The notes: generated from the letters alone by a model not told the origin. A stretch of DNA of 64,000 nucleotides from an uncultured Gemmatimonadales bacterium (GCA_963844445.1 CAWJOB010000001.1:731746-795745), one strand, 5' to 3'. Shown: positions 18,666-27,964, numbered from the stretch's first letter. Program-made: numbers and translations.

Positions 18666-19568
18666 ATGTCGTTCGACCAGATCTCCCAGGTCCGGCGCTT
18701 CAATCGGCTCGTCACCCAGCGTGTCGGAGCCTTGAATGACCATTCCCTGGGGCGCGATCGCCCGCTGGGGGAATCGCGCCTGCTGTACGAGATCGGCTCT
18801 AAGGGAGCGGACCTCCGGGACCTGCGCCGTCGACTGGGGCTCGATTCCGGCTACGTCACCCGGCTGGTCCAGTCGCTCGAGAAGAGCGGTCTGATCCGAC
18901 TGGGGCAGGGAACCGAGGACCAGAGGGTCCGGAAGGCTCGGTTGACGGCCGCAGGACAGCGCGAGGTGCGAGAGATGAACGCCCGGTCCGACCGGGCCGC
19001 CGCGGAGCTGCTGGAGTCGCTGACTCCGTCGCAGCGCACCCGGCTGGTCGCGGCCATGGCCGAGGTGCATCGGCTGCTTCAGCTCGCCGGCCTCGAGGTC
19101 GAGAGGGTCGACCCGGCAAGTCCGGCCGCCCGCTGGTGCGTCGGGCAATACATCGAGGAGCTGGACCGGCGCTTCGACTCCGGCTTCGACCCGGCCGCCA
19201 GTCTGCCCGCCGACGATCGGGACTTCATCCCGCCCCAGGGCGCCTTTCTCGTCGCGTTCGTGGACGGGGAGCCGGTCGCCTGTGGTGCCCTAAAGGCAAT
19301 CTCACCCCGTGTCGGGTCGCTCAAGCGGATGTGGGTGTCCGACGCGGTGCGCGGGCTGGGGATCGGGCGGCGAATGCTGGAGGCGCTGGAGGCCCACGCC
19401 CGGGAACTCGGGCTGACGAACCTTCGACTGGAGACGAATCGAACGCTCCAGGAAGCCATCCGCCTGTACCGGAGTGCTGGCTTCCGCGAGGTGGCGGCTT
19501 TCAACGACGACCCCTACGCCCACCATTGGTTCGAGAAGCGGCTAAGAAAGTTGCAGAATGCAACGTAG
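18666..19568 (+). CDS. MarR-family HTH regulator fused to a GNAT N-acetyltransferase
   Basis: ORF 18666..19568. N-terminal winged helix: LRDLRRRLGLDSGYVTRLVQSLEKSGLIRL. C-terminal GNAT: RMWVSDAVRGLGIGRRMLEALE..RLYRSAGFRE. Confidence 0.85.
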   Translation: MSFDQISQVRRFNRLVTQRVGALNDHSLGRDRPLGESRLLYEIGSKGADLRDLRRRLGLDSGYVTRLVQSLEKSGLIRLGQGTEDQRVRKARLTAAGQREVREMNARSDRAAAELLESLTPSQRTRLVAAMAEVHRLLQLAGLEVERVDPASPAARWCVGQYIEELDRRFDSGFDPAASLPADDRDFIPPQGAFLVAFVDGEPVACGALKAISPRVGSLKRMWVSDAVRGLGIGRRMLEALEAHARELGLTNLRLETNRTLQEAIRLYRSAGFREVAAFNDDPYAHHWFEKRLRKLQNAT

Positions 19569-19589
19569 GCGGCGGTCAAAAGTCACATC

Positions 19590-19618
19590 TTGAACCTCGA
19601 CCCCCCTGTCGCTATATT
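19590..19618 (+). promoter_or_regulatory. sigma70-like promoter TTGAAC-17-TATATT upstream of csp
   Basis: -35 at 19590-19595, exact 17-nt spacer, -10 at 19613-19618. An A/T-rich hexamer in a GC-rich intergenic region. Confidence 0.5.
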
Positions 19619-19672
19619 CCCGCCTGCGATGGTCACGCCCACTCGGCGTGATTTCAAGATCCAAGGAGCTCA

Positions 19673-19703
19673 GGGCCCCCGGAAATCGCAGGGGTCCTTT
19701 TTT
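19673..19703 (+). terminator. intrinsic terminator-like hairpin plus T6 (terminator of the MarR-GNAT gene and/or attenuator in the csp leader)
   Basis: Stem GGGCCCC (19673-19679) pairs with GGGGTCC (19691-19697), including one G-U. 11-nt loop. TTTTTT at 19698-19703. Confidence 0.55.
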
Positions 19704-19811
19704 CTTGGCAAGCCATCGCAGCCCAGCGTGAGGGCATCGATCACGACGAACTGGTAGTCGGTACGCGTGCGAACGCCGAGTCCCGATTACGAACACAAAG
19801 GAATACTCAGC

Positions 19812-20024
19812 ATGCGCACCACCGGCACCGTGAAGTGGTTCAACGACGCGAAGGGCTTCGGGTTCATCACCCCGGAAAACGGCGAAAAGGACTGCTTCGT
19901 CCATCACTCGGCCATCTCGGGCCAGGGCTTCAAGAGCCTCGCCGAAGGCGAGAAGGTGGAGTTCGACGTGGTTCAGGGCGCCAAAGGCCCGGCCGCGGAG
20001 AACGTCGTCAAGGTCGGCAAGTAA
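19812..20024 (+). CDS. cspA: cold-shock protein (CspA family)
   Basis: [38 protein letters not shown]1 and RNP2 motifs are present. ATG 19812 lies within ORF 19767..20024. Confidence 0.95.
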   Translation: MRTTGTVKWFNDAKGFGFITPENGEKDCFVHHSAISGQGFKSLAEGEKVEFDVVQGAKGPAAENVVKVGK

Positions 20025-20106
20025 GCCAGCTCTGACGCACACGACATAGCCTTCGGGCCCCAGGGGTTGAAGCAGCCTGGGTGATCAATCCTGCTTCGAC
20101 TTGCGT

Positions 20107-20144
20107 CCCGGCGGTGCCATAGCACCGGCCGGGCGTTTTGTTTT
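20107..20144 (+). terminator. intrinsic terminator after csp
   Basis: cccggcggtgc-cata-gcaccggccggg hairpin with one bulge, followed by cgttttgtttt. Confidence 0.6.
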
Positions 20145-20172
20145 CGCTGAGGCGACCCGGCCGGACGGTCGC

Positions 20173-20736
20173 TCAGCAAGGGTCGACCGCCCGGCCCATC
20201 TGCAGGCAGTCGTTGAACTGCCCGTCGATCAGCGTGTCGCGAGTGCTCCTCCCCTCGTGCACCCAGCCCATCCGCTCGTACAGCCGGATCGCGCTGACGT
20301 TGTCTACCCGCACCTTGAGATTGATCTTGCGGACTACGCCGCTGTGCTCCGCCCACGCGATCATGTACTCGATCATCGCGCGGCCGATGCCGAGCCCGAC
20401 GTATTCCTGGGCGACGCTGATCCCGAACTCCCCGACGTGCCGGAGTCGTGGCCGGCGGCCGCCATCGAAGGTGAGACCTCCCACCAGCGTGTCTCCCACC
20501 AGCGCCAGGATCGCCAGCGAGTTGTCCGCCTGGCCGACACGGGTGAGATAGTCGCGCTCCTCGTCTTCGGTCAGCCCCGGGCCTTCGGCGCCGAACGTGA
20601 GGTTCGGGGTTTCGCCGCCGACCACGCTGAGATAGCGGAGCACGACGCCGGCATCGTCCGGAACGGCGCGACGAATCCGCACCGCCCTGCCGTCAGGCAG
20701 CCGCAGCTCGCGCTGCATCGCGGGGGCCGCGGTCAT
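20173..20736 (-). CDS. GNAT family N-acetyltransferase
   Basis: C-terminal 187 aa of ORF 20173..21126, from ATG 20736-20734: [54 protein letters not shown]. Confidence 0.85.
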   Translation of the reverse strand: MTAAPAMQRELRLPDGRAVRIRRAVPDDAGVVLRYLSVVGGETPNLTFGAEGPGLTEDEERDYLTRVGQADNSLAILALVGDTLVGGLTFDGGRRPRLRHVGEFGISVAQEYVGLGIGRAMIEYMIAWAEHSGVVRKINLKVRVDNVSAIRLYERMGWVHEGRSTRDTLIDGQFNDCLQMGRAVDPC

Positions 20737-21062
20737 CACGACGGGGTCGCCATCTTGAGACCCACGATGCCGCCGACGATCGCCGCGATCGAAAGCAGCC
20801 TGGCCGGGCTCCTGGGCTCGCCGAGAAGCCAGATGCCTACCAGCGCGGTGCCCACGGCGCCGATCCCAGTCCACACCGCGTAACCGGTCCCCACTGGGAT
20901 CGTCCTGAGCGCGCGGGAAAGCAGAACTATGCTCAGTGTCATCGCGATGAGTGTAATTCCGCTCGGCAGCAGCCGGGTAAAACCCTCGGTGTACTTGAGG
21001 CCCACGGCCCACACGACTTCGAGAAGCCCAGCCGTAATGAGTAGGATCCACGCGGTGCTCAC
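20736..21062 (-). CDS. sugE: SMR-family transporter SugE/Gdx (guanidinium / quaternary-cation exporter type)
   Basis: ORF 20736..21062 with a GTG start: [31 protein letters not shown]. Four TM helices with the conserved Glu in TM1. Confidence 0.9.
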   Translation of the reverse strand: MSTAWILLITAGLLEVVWAVGLKYTEGFTRLLPSGITLIAMTLSIVLLSRALRTIPVGTGYAVWTGIGAVGTALVGIWLLGEPRSPARLLSIAAIVGGIVGLKMATPS

Positions 21063-21436
21063 GATCTCCCTCCCTCGTCGAGCAGGACCTGAAGTTTCTT
21101 CGGCGCGATGAGCCGGTAGGAGTCACGCATCAGATCGTCCACCTCGGCCCAGTCGGGATCGCGGTCGAGCCACACACCCACCCAGCCGCTCGGCCCCACG
21201 TAGGGCGGCACGAAGAATCGACCCGGCGACGCGCGCACCATCAGCGACTGGTTGCCGGGCGCGGCCTTGCACCAGACGGCGGGCCGTCCGCCGCCGTGAT
21301 GGTTGTTGGGCGCGGCGTACATGGCGAACAGCTTGTTGCGCACCCGAAACGTCGGCTCGCCCCAGGCTTCGACCTCGTGGGCCTCCGGGAGCGCCAGGCA
21401 GAGCTTGCGCAGTCGGGTGAGTGGGCTCGGCGGCAT
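21059..21436 (-). CDS. MmcQ/YjbR family DNA-binding protein
   Basis: ORF 21059..21436: [36 protein letters not shown] overlap with sugE. Confidence 0.75.
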   Translation of the reverse strand: MPPSPLTRLRKLCLALPEAHEVEAWGEPTFRVRNKLFAMYAAPNNHHGGGRPAVWCKAAPGNQSLMVRASPGRFFVPPYVGPSGWVGVWLDRDPDWAEVDDLMRDSYRLIAPKKLQVLLDEGGRS

Positions 21437-21463
21437 TGAGTCAGGCTCGGTCGAGTTCCGTCC

Positions 21464-21925
21464 TCAGCTCCGCGGGCCCATGCCGATGCCACGCGCCATC
21501 GCGGTGGCGGCCAGAACCATCAACACGACCAGCACAACCTGAACGTAGCTGATGGTCGCCATGCGCCCGGCGGAGCTCGTGTCGGGTGTCTCGCCGTTAC
21601 GGACCCGAGCCCGCCAGCGCGTGAGCGTCACGATCGGTGACACCTCGAGCACGAGGATCGCGAGGAGCAGCGTCATCTTGCCCCAGAAGACGTGATTGTG
21701 GAGGTAGTACTCCATGCTCTTCTCGAACCCGGCGAGCAGCCGCACCAGCCCGGTGCTGATCCAGATGGCGGCCGCGCCGCCCCACCAGCCATCGGCGTAG
21801 AACACTCGCCGGAGCCCCGCGATGTCGAGCGGACCGCGAAGCGCCCGGGCCCGGGCCCAGACCGCCCCCAACCCTACGCCCAGGCCAAGCAGATGAAGTG
21901 CGGCGAAGAGCCACCGAACCAACAT
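21464..21925 (-). CDS. DUF2214-like integral membrane protein
   Basis: ORF 21464..21925. Four predicted TM helices. The family name is from memory only. Confidence 0.6.
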   Translation of the reverse strand: MLVRWLFAALHLLGLGVGLGAVWARARALRGPLDIAGLRRVFYADGWWGGAAAIWISTGLVRLLAGFEKSMEYYLHNHVFWGKMTLLLAILVLEVSPIVTLTRWRARVRNGETPDTSSAGRMATISYVQVVLVVLMVLAATAMARGIGMGPRS

Positions 21926-22025
21926 GTTACCCTCCGGACGTGACTCGGGTCACCTCCCCTGGCTCCCCCCCGGCGTACGTTGCCCAGTTCGGTTGCTAGG
22001 GTCATACAACTGTGAGGTACTATAA

Positions 22026-22295
22026 ATGATACGGAACTTGATGGCGCTTCCCTGCATGCTGGCGCTTGTGCTCGCCTGCGGCCAGGGGCGCAGCAATGGC
22101 CAGGATACCGGAGCGGCGGCCGGCGGTGCGGAGTCGGGCGCCTTGCCGGCGGACACCGGACTCACCGGCGGTGGGATCGAGGACACGACGGCGGCACCGT
22201 CCATTGACGCGGCGGACACCGCCGCCCCGGCGAGTGACACCCTGTCGGGCCATGACACCGGCAGCACGGACGCCACCAGCGACACCACGTACTGA
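22026..22295 (+). CDS. small low-complexity lipoprotein (Thr/Ala/Asp/Gly-rich)
   Basis: ORF 22026..22295: MIRNLMALPCMLALVLACGQG (lipobox). GAGG lies 9 nt upstream of the ATG. Confidence 0.55.
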   Translation: MIRNLMALPCMLALVLACGQGRSNGQDTGAAAGGAESGALPADTGLTGGGIEDTTAAPSIDAADTAAPASDTLSGHDTGSTDATSDTTY

Positions 22296-22317
22296 CCGCT
22301 GTGAACCCGAGCGCATG

Positions 22318-22342
22318 CGAGGGCGGGCGAGTTGCCCGCCCT
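22318..22342. terminator. bidirectional terminator hairpin between convergent genes
   Basis: gagggcgggc-gagtt-gcccgccctc: perfect 10-bp stem with a 5-nt loop. Confidence 0.6.
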
Positions 22343-24027
22343 CAGTGTTTCATCCTCCACATGTCCGCCAGCAGCGCCGCCGGCGTGACCGGTCCTCCCA
22401 GAAATTCCTTGACCACTTCCGCGCTCGGTCGCTCGAGCCCGAAGCGGAACAGCCTCCGCGACACCCAGTCGTACCACGCGGCGTCGCCCGTGACGAAGGG
22501 ACCGTGGGCCTCGACGGTTCTGGCGCGGACACCCGCTATGAGCATCGCGCCGATCGCGTAGTTCATCATGTAGCCGGGCGAGTCCACCAGCTGACCCCGC
22601 ATGGCCCACCACGACCACTCGGGATGCGGGCGGATGCGCAGGTAGTCGCGGGTGAGGTCGGTCCACAGCCGGTTCGGATCGGCCGCGGGATCTCGGAGCA
22701 TCCGCAGCTCGAGCAGCGACCAGGCCACGTCGAGCACGATGCCTCCATATCGTGCGCGAAGCCCATCGGCGAGCGGCACCGAGTCGCCCAGCCAGTGCTG
22801 CTGCCAGGCCGGCTCGGTCACGTCGAGCGCCACGAAGTCGGCGATCGCCTCGGTGAAAGGGTCGCTGTCGGGCCAATCGGCGAACGCCGGCCGGGTCCGG
22901 ATCGCCGCGATGTGAACCGCGTGCCCGGTCTCGTGTAACAGCTCGGCCAGGTTGTCGAGCCCGCCGCCTCGATAGGTCGCGAAAACCGAGGGTTCGCCCG
23001 GCGTCCACCCGCCATTGCGACGCCGGGGCCGCGCTCCAAAGTCGCAGAACGCCACCGGCGTCTTCCCCTCGCGCCGCTCGAGATCGTACCGGATGTTGAG
23101 CGCCGCGAGATCCGCGCCGAGCGCGCGGTACACCTCGGCGTTGAGCGCGGTGAGCCGCTCGCGCGAGATGCGACCGCCCAACGCGCGGCCGGCGCGGCCG
23201 GTCCGGTAGTACCAATCCCAGGGCTCGATCAGCGAATCGGGATTGACGGTCCGCCAGCTCTCCAGGATCGCCACCAACCAGCGCTCGAGGGAGTCGGGTG
23301 GCACGCCGGCGAGGCGCGCCTGCCGCGCCGCGGACAACTCGCCCGCGGGCCGCTGCTTCACCCTAAGCGCGATCAGCCGGCGGTACGGGCTGTCGGCACC
23401 GTTCTCCGCGTTTACGCTGTGCCACACCGGCTCGAGCGAAAGGAAGAGCCGCCGCCGCTCGGCCGGATCCTCGGTGCGGCCCAACGCGCCGAGCACGGAA
23501 AGCCGGTCCATCGTGTCGCTGCCGACGGCGACATGGCTCTGGGCCCAGCCGTAGCAGGCGTAGACCCGCCCCCGCAGCGAGTCGAGTCCGTTCCGGGCCG
23601 CCGCGATCGCGGCGGGATCGTACTCGCAGTCTGGGCGGCGTTGTGTACGGGGGGCGGTGGGCTCGGCCGAGTCCGCGAGCGTGGTGAGACCGCGATTGAG
23701 CGCGAGGCGCATCGTTCGGAAGGCCCGGGTGTCGTCGCCGGCAAGCGCCGAGGAATCGACAGCGTCCAGGCGCGCGACGAGCGTCTGGCGGAGCTGGTTG
23801 TGCCGCCGCGCGAGCGCCGCGACGGGAGTGCCGTCCCTCGCGGTGGTGCGGCCGGCGGACGCCGCCACGCCTATCCGGTCGCCCACCTCTCGCAGATCGA
23901 GGTACAGCGATTCGGCGGCCGCCAGCTCACCTGCGGGGGCCGGAGCAGCCTGAGGTGGCGCGGAGCACGCCGCGAGGAGGGTCGTGACCACCCAGCGACC
24001 CGAGCGACCGATCCGCGGGCGCGGCAA
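22342..24027 (-). CDS. lipoprotein with HExxH zinc-metallopeptidase motif (family not resolved)
   Basis: ORF 22342..24027 (561 aa). Signal RWVVTTLLAACS. Motif LHETGHAVH. Intact. Confidence 0.6.
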   Translation of the reverse strand: MPRPRIGRSGRWVVTTLLAACSAPPQAAPAPAGELAAAESLYLDLREVGDRIGVAASAGRTTARDGTPVAALARRHNQLRQTLVARLDAVDSSALAGDDTRAFRTMRLALNRGLTTLADSAEPTAPRTQRRPDCEYDPAAIAAARNGLDSLRGRVYACYGWAQSHVAVGSDTMDRLSVLGALGRTEDPAERRRLFLSLEPVWHSVNAENGADSPYRRLIALRVKQRPAGELSAARQARLAGVPPDSLERWLVAILESWRTVNPDSLIEPWDWYYRTGRAGRALGGRISRERLTALNAEVYRALGADLAALNIRYDLERREGKTPVAFCDFGARPRRRNGGWTPGEPSVFATYRGGGLDNLAELLHETGHAVHIAAIRTRPAFADWPDSDPFTEAIADFVALDVTEPAWQQHWLGDSVPLADGLRARYGGIVLDVAWSLLELRMLRDPAADPNRLWTDLTRDYLRIRPHPEWSWWAMRGQLVDSPGYMMNYAIGAMLIAGVRARTVEAHGPFVTGDAAWYDWVSRRLFRFGLERPSAEVVKEFLGGPVTPAALLADMWRMKH

Positions 24028-24040
24028 GCGAAGTATCGAG

Positions 24041-24556
24041 CTAGAGGTACCGGGCGACGGCCATTGCCGTGACCGCGAAGAGCAGCAGGTACGCGGTCGC
24101 CCGGCTGGCCGCAGCCGCGCGCCCGCGCAGCCGCTGCGCCTCCCCCATTATCCTCTGCCGCTCCTCGGCGCTCGTGGAAGGGCCAAGCGACTGGCCGAGC
24201 GCCATGGCCTTCAGCATCGAGGGACGCAGGATCGCCATGCCGAGCACCCAGGCGACGAACGCGGCGAGGCCACCGAGGCCGTAGGCCATGCCCACCGGCG
24301 ACCGGCCGAACTCCGCCGGCATCCCGGCCCCCGCCCGGATGTACAGCCAGATTCCCGAGATCAGCGCGCCGATGGCCAGGATCGGCATCACGGTCATGAG
24401 CCCGCGCCGCTGGACCGCGGCCATGACTTTGCCTCCCTCGGGTCCGACTTCCTGGATCGCCGGCATCAGGAAAAAGGTGCTGAAGAAAATCATCCCGACC
24501 CAGAGCGCGCCGAAGACGACGTGGACGAACCGAAGGACGATGACGAGTGGGTCCAC
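24041..24556 (-). CDS. hypothetical integral membrane protein
   Basis: ORF 24041..24556. Four hydrophobic helices: VHVVFGALWVGMIFFSTFFLMPA, etc. Confidence 0.6.
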   Translation of the reverse strand: MDPLVIVLRFVHVVFGALWVGMIFFSTFFLMPAIQEVGPEGGKVMAAVQRRGLMTVMPILAIGALISGIWLYIRAGAGMPAEFGRSPVGMAYGLGGLAAFVAWVLGMAILRPSMLKAMALGQSLGPSTSAEERQRIMGEAQRLRGRAAAASRATAYLLLFAVTAMAVARYL

Positions 24557-24566
24557 CTTGTCCCTC

Positions 24567-25085
24567 CTAGGTCAATGGCTTCACGTAGTGCAGCGTCTCG
24601 GGCGCATAGCCAAGTCGTTCGTAGAGCGCCCGCGCCCGCGCCCGCTGGTTGCTGGCGAACACGTTGAGTGTGATGAGATCGAGCCCCGCCGCGCGGGCCC
24701 ATCCTTCCGCCGCCTGGACCAGCGCCATTCCGGCGCCTCGCCCCTCGGCCGTCTGGCTCACGGCAAGGATCTCGATGTGCGCGTGAGTCCGGCCGTAATA
24801 GTCGGTCTCCGCACGCACGTACACATACCCGCCGGGCACCCCTCCGCCTTCCTCGGCGAGAAGGACCGCTCCCTGATCGGCGCCGGGCCGGAGCGCCGCG
24901 TCGAGGGTGGCGCTCTCCGCCGCCACAACCTCTCGCGCGCTGCGCCAGGAGGGGAGCTCGAAGCCCTGGGCCAGCCGCGGGGTGATCCCGAGCATGAAGG
25001 CACGGTCGGAGGGCTCCGCGGGGCGAACACGCCACTCGGTGCGGGGAGTCCGGCCCGTGTCCTGTCTGTCTGCGTTGCCGCGCAT
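24567..25085 (-). CDS. GNAT family N-acetyltransferase
   Basis: ORF 24567..25085: ILAVSQTAEGRGAGMALVQAAEGWAR..LYERLGY. Confidence 0.8.
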   Translation of the reverse strand: MRGNADRQDTGRTPRTEWRVRPAEPSDRAFMLGITPRLAQGFELPSWRSAREVVAAESATLDAALRPGADQGAVLLAEEGGGVPGGYVYVRAETDYYGRTHAHIEILAVSQTAEGRGAGMALVQAAEGWARAAGLDLITLNVFASNQRARARALYERLGYAPETLHYVKPLT

Positions 25086-25133
25086 ATCTCCTTGTCGACT
25101 CTTCGTCTTTCACCCGCAAGGAGGGGAAGCCCG

Positions 25134-26063
25134 ATGCGCAGGTCAAGCCCTCGACGCCACAGCAGGCCCATGGGAGTCGTGGTGCGACTCGCCCTCACTG
25201 CTCCTACGGTGTGGCCGCTCGCGGCGGCCGCGGCCGCGGCGGCGGTGTTGCCGGCGTCGCCGGAGCTCCGGTTCGCCGACGTACGGCTCTCCACCGGCGT
25301 ACGGCTCCGCTACTTGGAGCAGGGGGACCCAGCCGGGCGGCCGGTGATCCTCATCCATGGCATCACCGACTCCTGGTTCTCCTTCAGCCGGGTGCTGCCT
25401 GAAATCTCGAAAGCGCACCGGGTCTATGCACTCGACCTGCGGGGCCATGGCGACTCCGACCGGCCGGCGAACGGCTACACGCCGCAACACATGGCCGCCG
25501 ACGTCATCGCGTTCATGGACGCCCTGGGCATCCGGCGCGCCGTCTTGGTGGGACACTCGATGGGCAGTTTCGTGGCGCAGCAGGCCGCCCTGGCCGCGCC
25601 GGAGCGGATGGCCGGGCTGGTGCTGATCGGGTCCGCGACCGGCGCCCGCAACGAGGTCACGCTGGAGCTGCAGCGGGCCCTGGCATCGCTCCCCGACACC
25701 GTCCCGGCGGAGTTCGCGACGGAGTTCCAGGCCAGCACGGTGCACCAACCCGTGCCGGAGGAGTTCATGCTCCGGGTGGTCGCGGAGTGCCGCAAAGCTC
25801 CGGCGAGGGTATGGCGGGCCGCGTTGGCTGGCCTGCTGGAGACCGAGCGATTCACCGGCCTCCGCGGGGGCAGGGTTCCGGCGCTCCTCATCTGGGGCGA
25901 CCGCGACGGGATGTTCTCGCGATCGGAGCAGGAGGCGCTGGTGGCGGCGCTCCCGATCGCGAGCCTCAAGGTTTATCGGGAGACGGGTCACGCGCCCCAC
26001 TGGGAGCGCCCACGGGAAGTCGTTCGCGATCTCGAGCGGTTCCTCGGGACCGCCCCCTCATGA
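25134..26063 (+). CDS. alpha/beta hydrolase
   Basis: In ORF 24288..26063, from ATG 25134 (RBS AAGGAGGGG): VILIHGITDSWFSF..VLVGHSMGSFVA (GxSxG)..GHAPHWE. Confidence 0.85.
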   Translation: MRRSSPRRHSRPMGVVVRLALTAPTVWPLAAAAAAAAVLPASPELRFADVRLSTGVRLRYLEQGDPAGRPVILIHGITDSWFSFSRVLPEISKAHRVYALDLRGHGDSDRPANGYTPQHMAADVIAFMDALGIRRAVLVGHSMGSFVAQQAALAAPERMAGLVLIGSATGARNEVTLELQRALASLPDTVPAEFATEFQASTVHQPVPEEFMLRVVAECRKAPARVWRAALAGLLETERFTGLRGGRVPALLIWGDRDGMFSRSEQEALVAALPIASLKVYRETGHAPHWERPREVVRDLERFLGTAPS

Positions 26064-26066
26064 GAA

Positions 26067-26097
26067 GCGCCCCACCCGTGTGCTGCGGGTGGGGCGC
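26067..26097. terminator. terminator hairpin between convergent genes
   Basis: gcgccccacccg-tgtgctg-cgggtggggcgc: perfect 12-bp stem. Confidence 0.6.
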
Positions 26098-26125
26098 GGT
26101 CAGTCACTGATGATTCGGGTCTGCG

Positions 26126-26380
26126 TCAGGCCTCGCGTCGCGGAAGCCCCAGCTCCTGCGTACCGAGCCATTTCAGCAGGCCCTTTTCCACCTCGTCGTC
26201 GGGCTGATCCGCAAGGTGTTCCATGACCGGCCAGCGCTTGGCCGGTCCCATCAGATACCACATCGCCGGCATCGCGGTCTCCCCGCGCCGCTCATTGGCA
26301 GGGTGGCCCTCGTAGGAGACGAAATGGAAATCGCGTCCCCTGTAGGAGAGGCGACACTGCCTGACTTTATGGCTGCTCAC
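26126..26380 (-). CDS. hypothetical protein (84 aa)
   Basis: ORF 26126..26380. GTG start, no clear RBS, no family recognised. Confidence 0.35.
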   Translation of the reverse strand: MSSHKVRQCRLSYRGRDFHFVSYEGHPANERRGETAMPAMWYLMGPAKRWPVMEHLADQPDDEVEKGLLKWLGTQELGLPRREA

Positions 26381-26503
26381 GGAAAGACTCGTGCGTTGGC
26401 GTGATCTGAGCGGCGGGCGCAGCCTGCGGGGCGGCCACCGATGCGGCGGGGCCGCATGGGTGAAATGTAACCTGGTCGGGGCTTTAGCGGCTGGCGGACC
26501 GCC

Positions 26504-27724
26504 TCAGACCAGCGGCACCGTCTCCGCGTCCACCTCGGGTGCCGGCTCACGCTGCCGCCCGCCGTGCTCGATCCTCGGCAGGAACGCGGTGAGCAGCCCC
26601 AGCGCCGGCAGGAAGGAGCAGAGCCGGTACACGAATTCGATCCCGGTCCGGTCAGCCAGGTCGCCCAGCAGCGCTGCGCCGATCCCGGCGGTGCCGAACG
26701 CGAACCCGAAGAAGAGGCCCGAGACCATCCCGATCCGGCCGGGCACCAGCTCCTGGGCAAAGACCAGGATCGCGGAGAAGGCCGACGCGAGGATGACGCC
26801 GATCGCGACGCTCAGCACCCCGGTCCAGAAGAGATTCACGTAGGGGAGCGCGAGCGTGAACGGCAGGACGCCCAGGATGGAAGCCCAGATCACCCACTTC
26901 CGGCCGAGCCGGTCGCCCACCGGGCCGCCGATGATCGTTCCCGCCGCGACGGCGCCGAGGAAGACGAACAGGTACACCTGGGCGCCCTGCACCGAGACGC
27001 CGAACTTCTCGATGAGGAAGAAGGTGTAGTAGCTGCTGATGCTCGCCAGGTACACGTTCTTGGAGAAGACCAGCACCAGCAGGATGGCGAGCGCGACCAT
27101 CACCTGGCTTCGGGACAGGTCGTGATGGGCGGCGCCGGCCAGGGATCGCGATGGCGCCCCCTTCCGGTGCGCCTTGTACCAGCGGCCCACCCGCTCCAGG
27201 ATGACCATGCCCGCCAGCGCCGCCGCCGAGAACCACGCCACGCTCCCCTGACCGCGCGGCACCACGACGAACGCGGCCAGCAGTGGGCCGATGGCTGATC
27301 CGGTATTGCCGCCCACCTGGAAGAGCGACTGGGCGAAGCCGTGGCGTCCGCCGGAGGCCATCCGCGCCACCCGCGAGGACTCGGGATGGAAGACCGCCGA
27401 GCCGAGCCCGACCATGCCCGCCGAGAGCAGGAGGAGAGGGTAGCTCGAGGCGGCGGAGAGGACGAGGAGACCCAGCAGGCTGAATCCCATCCCGGCCACC
27501 AGCGAGTACGGCTTGGGATGGTGATCGGTGTAGAGACCGACCAGCGGCTGGAGGAGCGACGCGGTGAGCTGGAAGGTGAGGGTGATGAGGCCGATCTGCC
27601 CGAAGTCGAGCCCGAATCGGCTCTTGAGTATCGGGTACATCGCGGGCAGCAGCGCCTGCATCATGTCGTTCAGCAGATGGCAGATGCTGATGGCGAAGAG
27701 GACTGCGTAGGCGGTGCCCTGCAC
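26504..27724 (-). CDS. fsr: MFS transporter, Fsr (fosmidomycin-resistance) type
   Basis: ORF 26504..27724: ISICHLLNDMMQALLPAMYPILKSRFGLDFGQIGLITLTFQLTASLLQPLVGLYTD. This matches the Fsr N-terminal pattern as I recall it. Confidence 0.8.
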   Translation of the reverse strand: MQGTAYAVLFAISICHLLNDMMQALLPAMYPILKSRFGLDFGQIGLITLTFQLTASLLQPLVGLYTDHHPKPYSLVAGMGFSLLGLLVLSAASSYPLLLLSAGMVGLGSAVFHPESSRVARMASGGRHGFAQSLFQVGGNTGSAIGPLLAAFVVVPRGQGSVAWFSAAALAGMVILERVGRWYKAHRKGAPSRSLAGAAHHDLSRSQVMVALAILLVLVFSKNVYLASISSYYTFFLIEKFGVSVQGAQVYLFVFLGAVAAGTIIGGPVGDRLGRKWVIWASILGVLPFTLALPYVNLFWTGVLSVAIGVILASAFSAILVFAQELVPGRIGMVSGLFFGFAFGTAGIGAALLGDLADRTGIEFVYRLCSFLPALGLLTAFLPRIEHGGRQREPAPEVDAETVPLV

Positions 27725-27739
27725 CCGCGGATCGCCCGG

Positions 27740-27964
27740 CTAGAGACGGCCGTCCGGACCGTTTGCGTCGGGCGTGTCGCCCGGCCGCTCTTCCGCCGCT
27801 TCCTTGCGCTCCAGCTTCCGCTGCTGCTTTTCTTCCTTCTTCTTCTGCTTGTTCAGCTCCTTCTGTCGCTTCTCGAAGCCATAGTTGCGCTTGGGCAAAT
27901 GCACGCTCCGGGTCGTGAGTGCCGGGGCGCTTCGGCTATAGGTCTCGCGGCCCGGGTAGCGCAA
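27740..27964 (-). CDS. small Lys/Glu-rich protein; alternative TTG start at 27898 would give MPKRNYGFEKRQKEL
   Basis: ORF 27740..27964. TTG 27964 follows AGGAGA by 5 nt and lies just after the stop of the upstream gene. An internal TTG at 27898 is also preceded by GGAG. Confidence 0.5.
   Translation of the reverse strand: MRYPGRETYSRSAPALTTRSVHLPKRNYGFEKRQKELNKQKKKEEKQQRKLERKEAAEERPGDTPDANGPDGRL

Noticed and set aside
21926-22025. Possible guanidine riboswitch upstream of the sugE operon, with a small GUGAC-CCGA-GUCAC hairpin.
   Set aside because: The loop is not ACGR (mini-ykkC), and I see no ykkC-I or ykkC-III conserved blocks. A covariance-model scan is needed before any claim.
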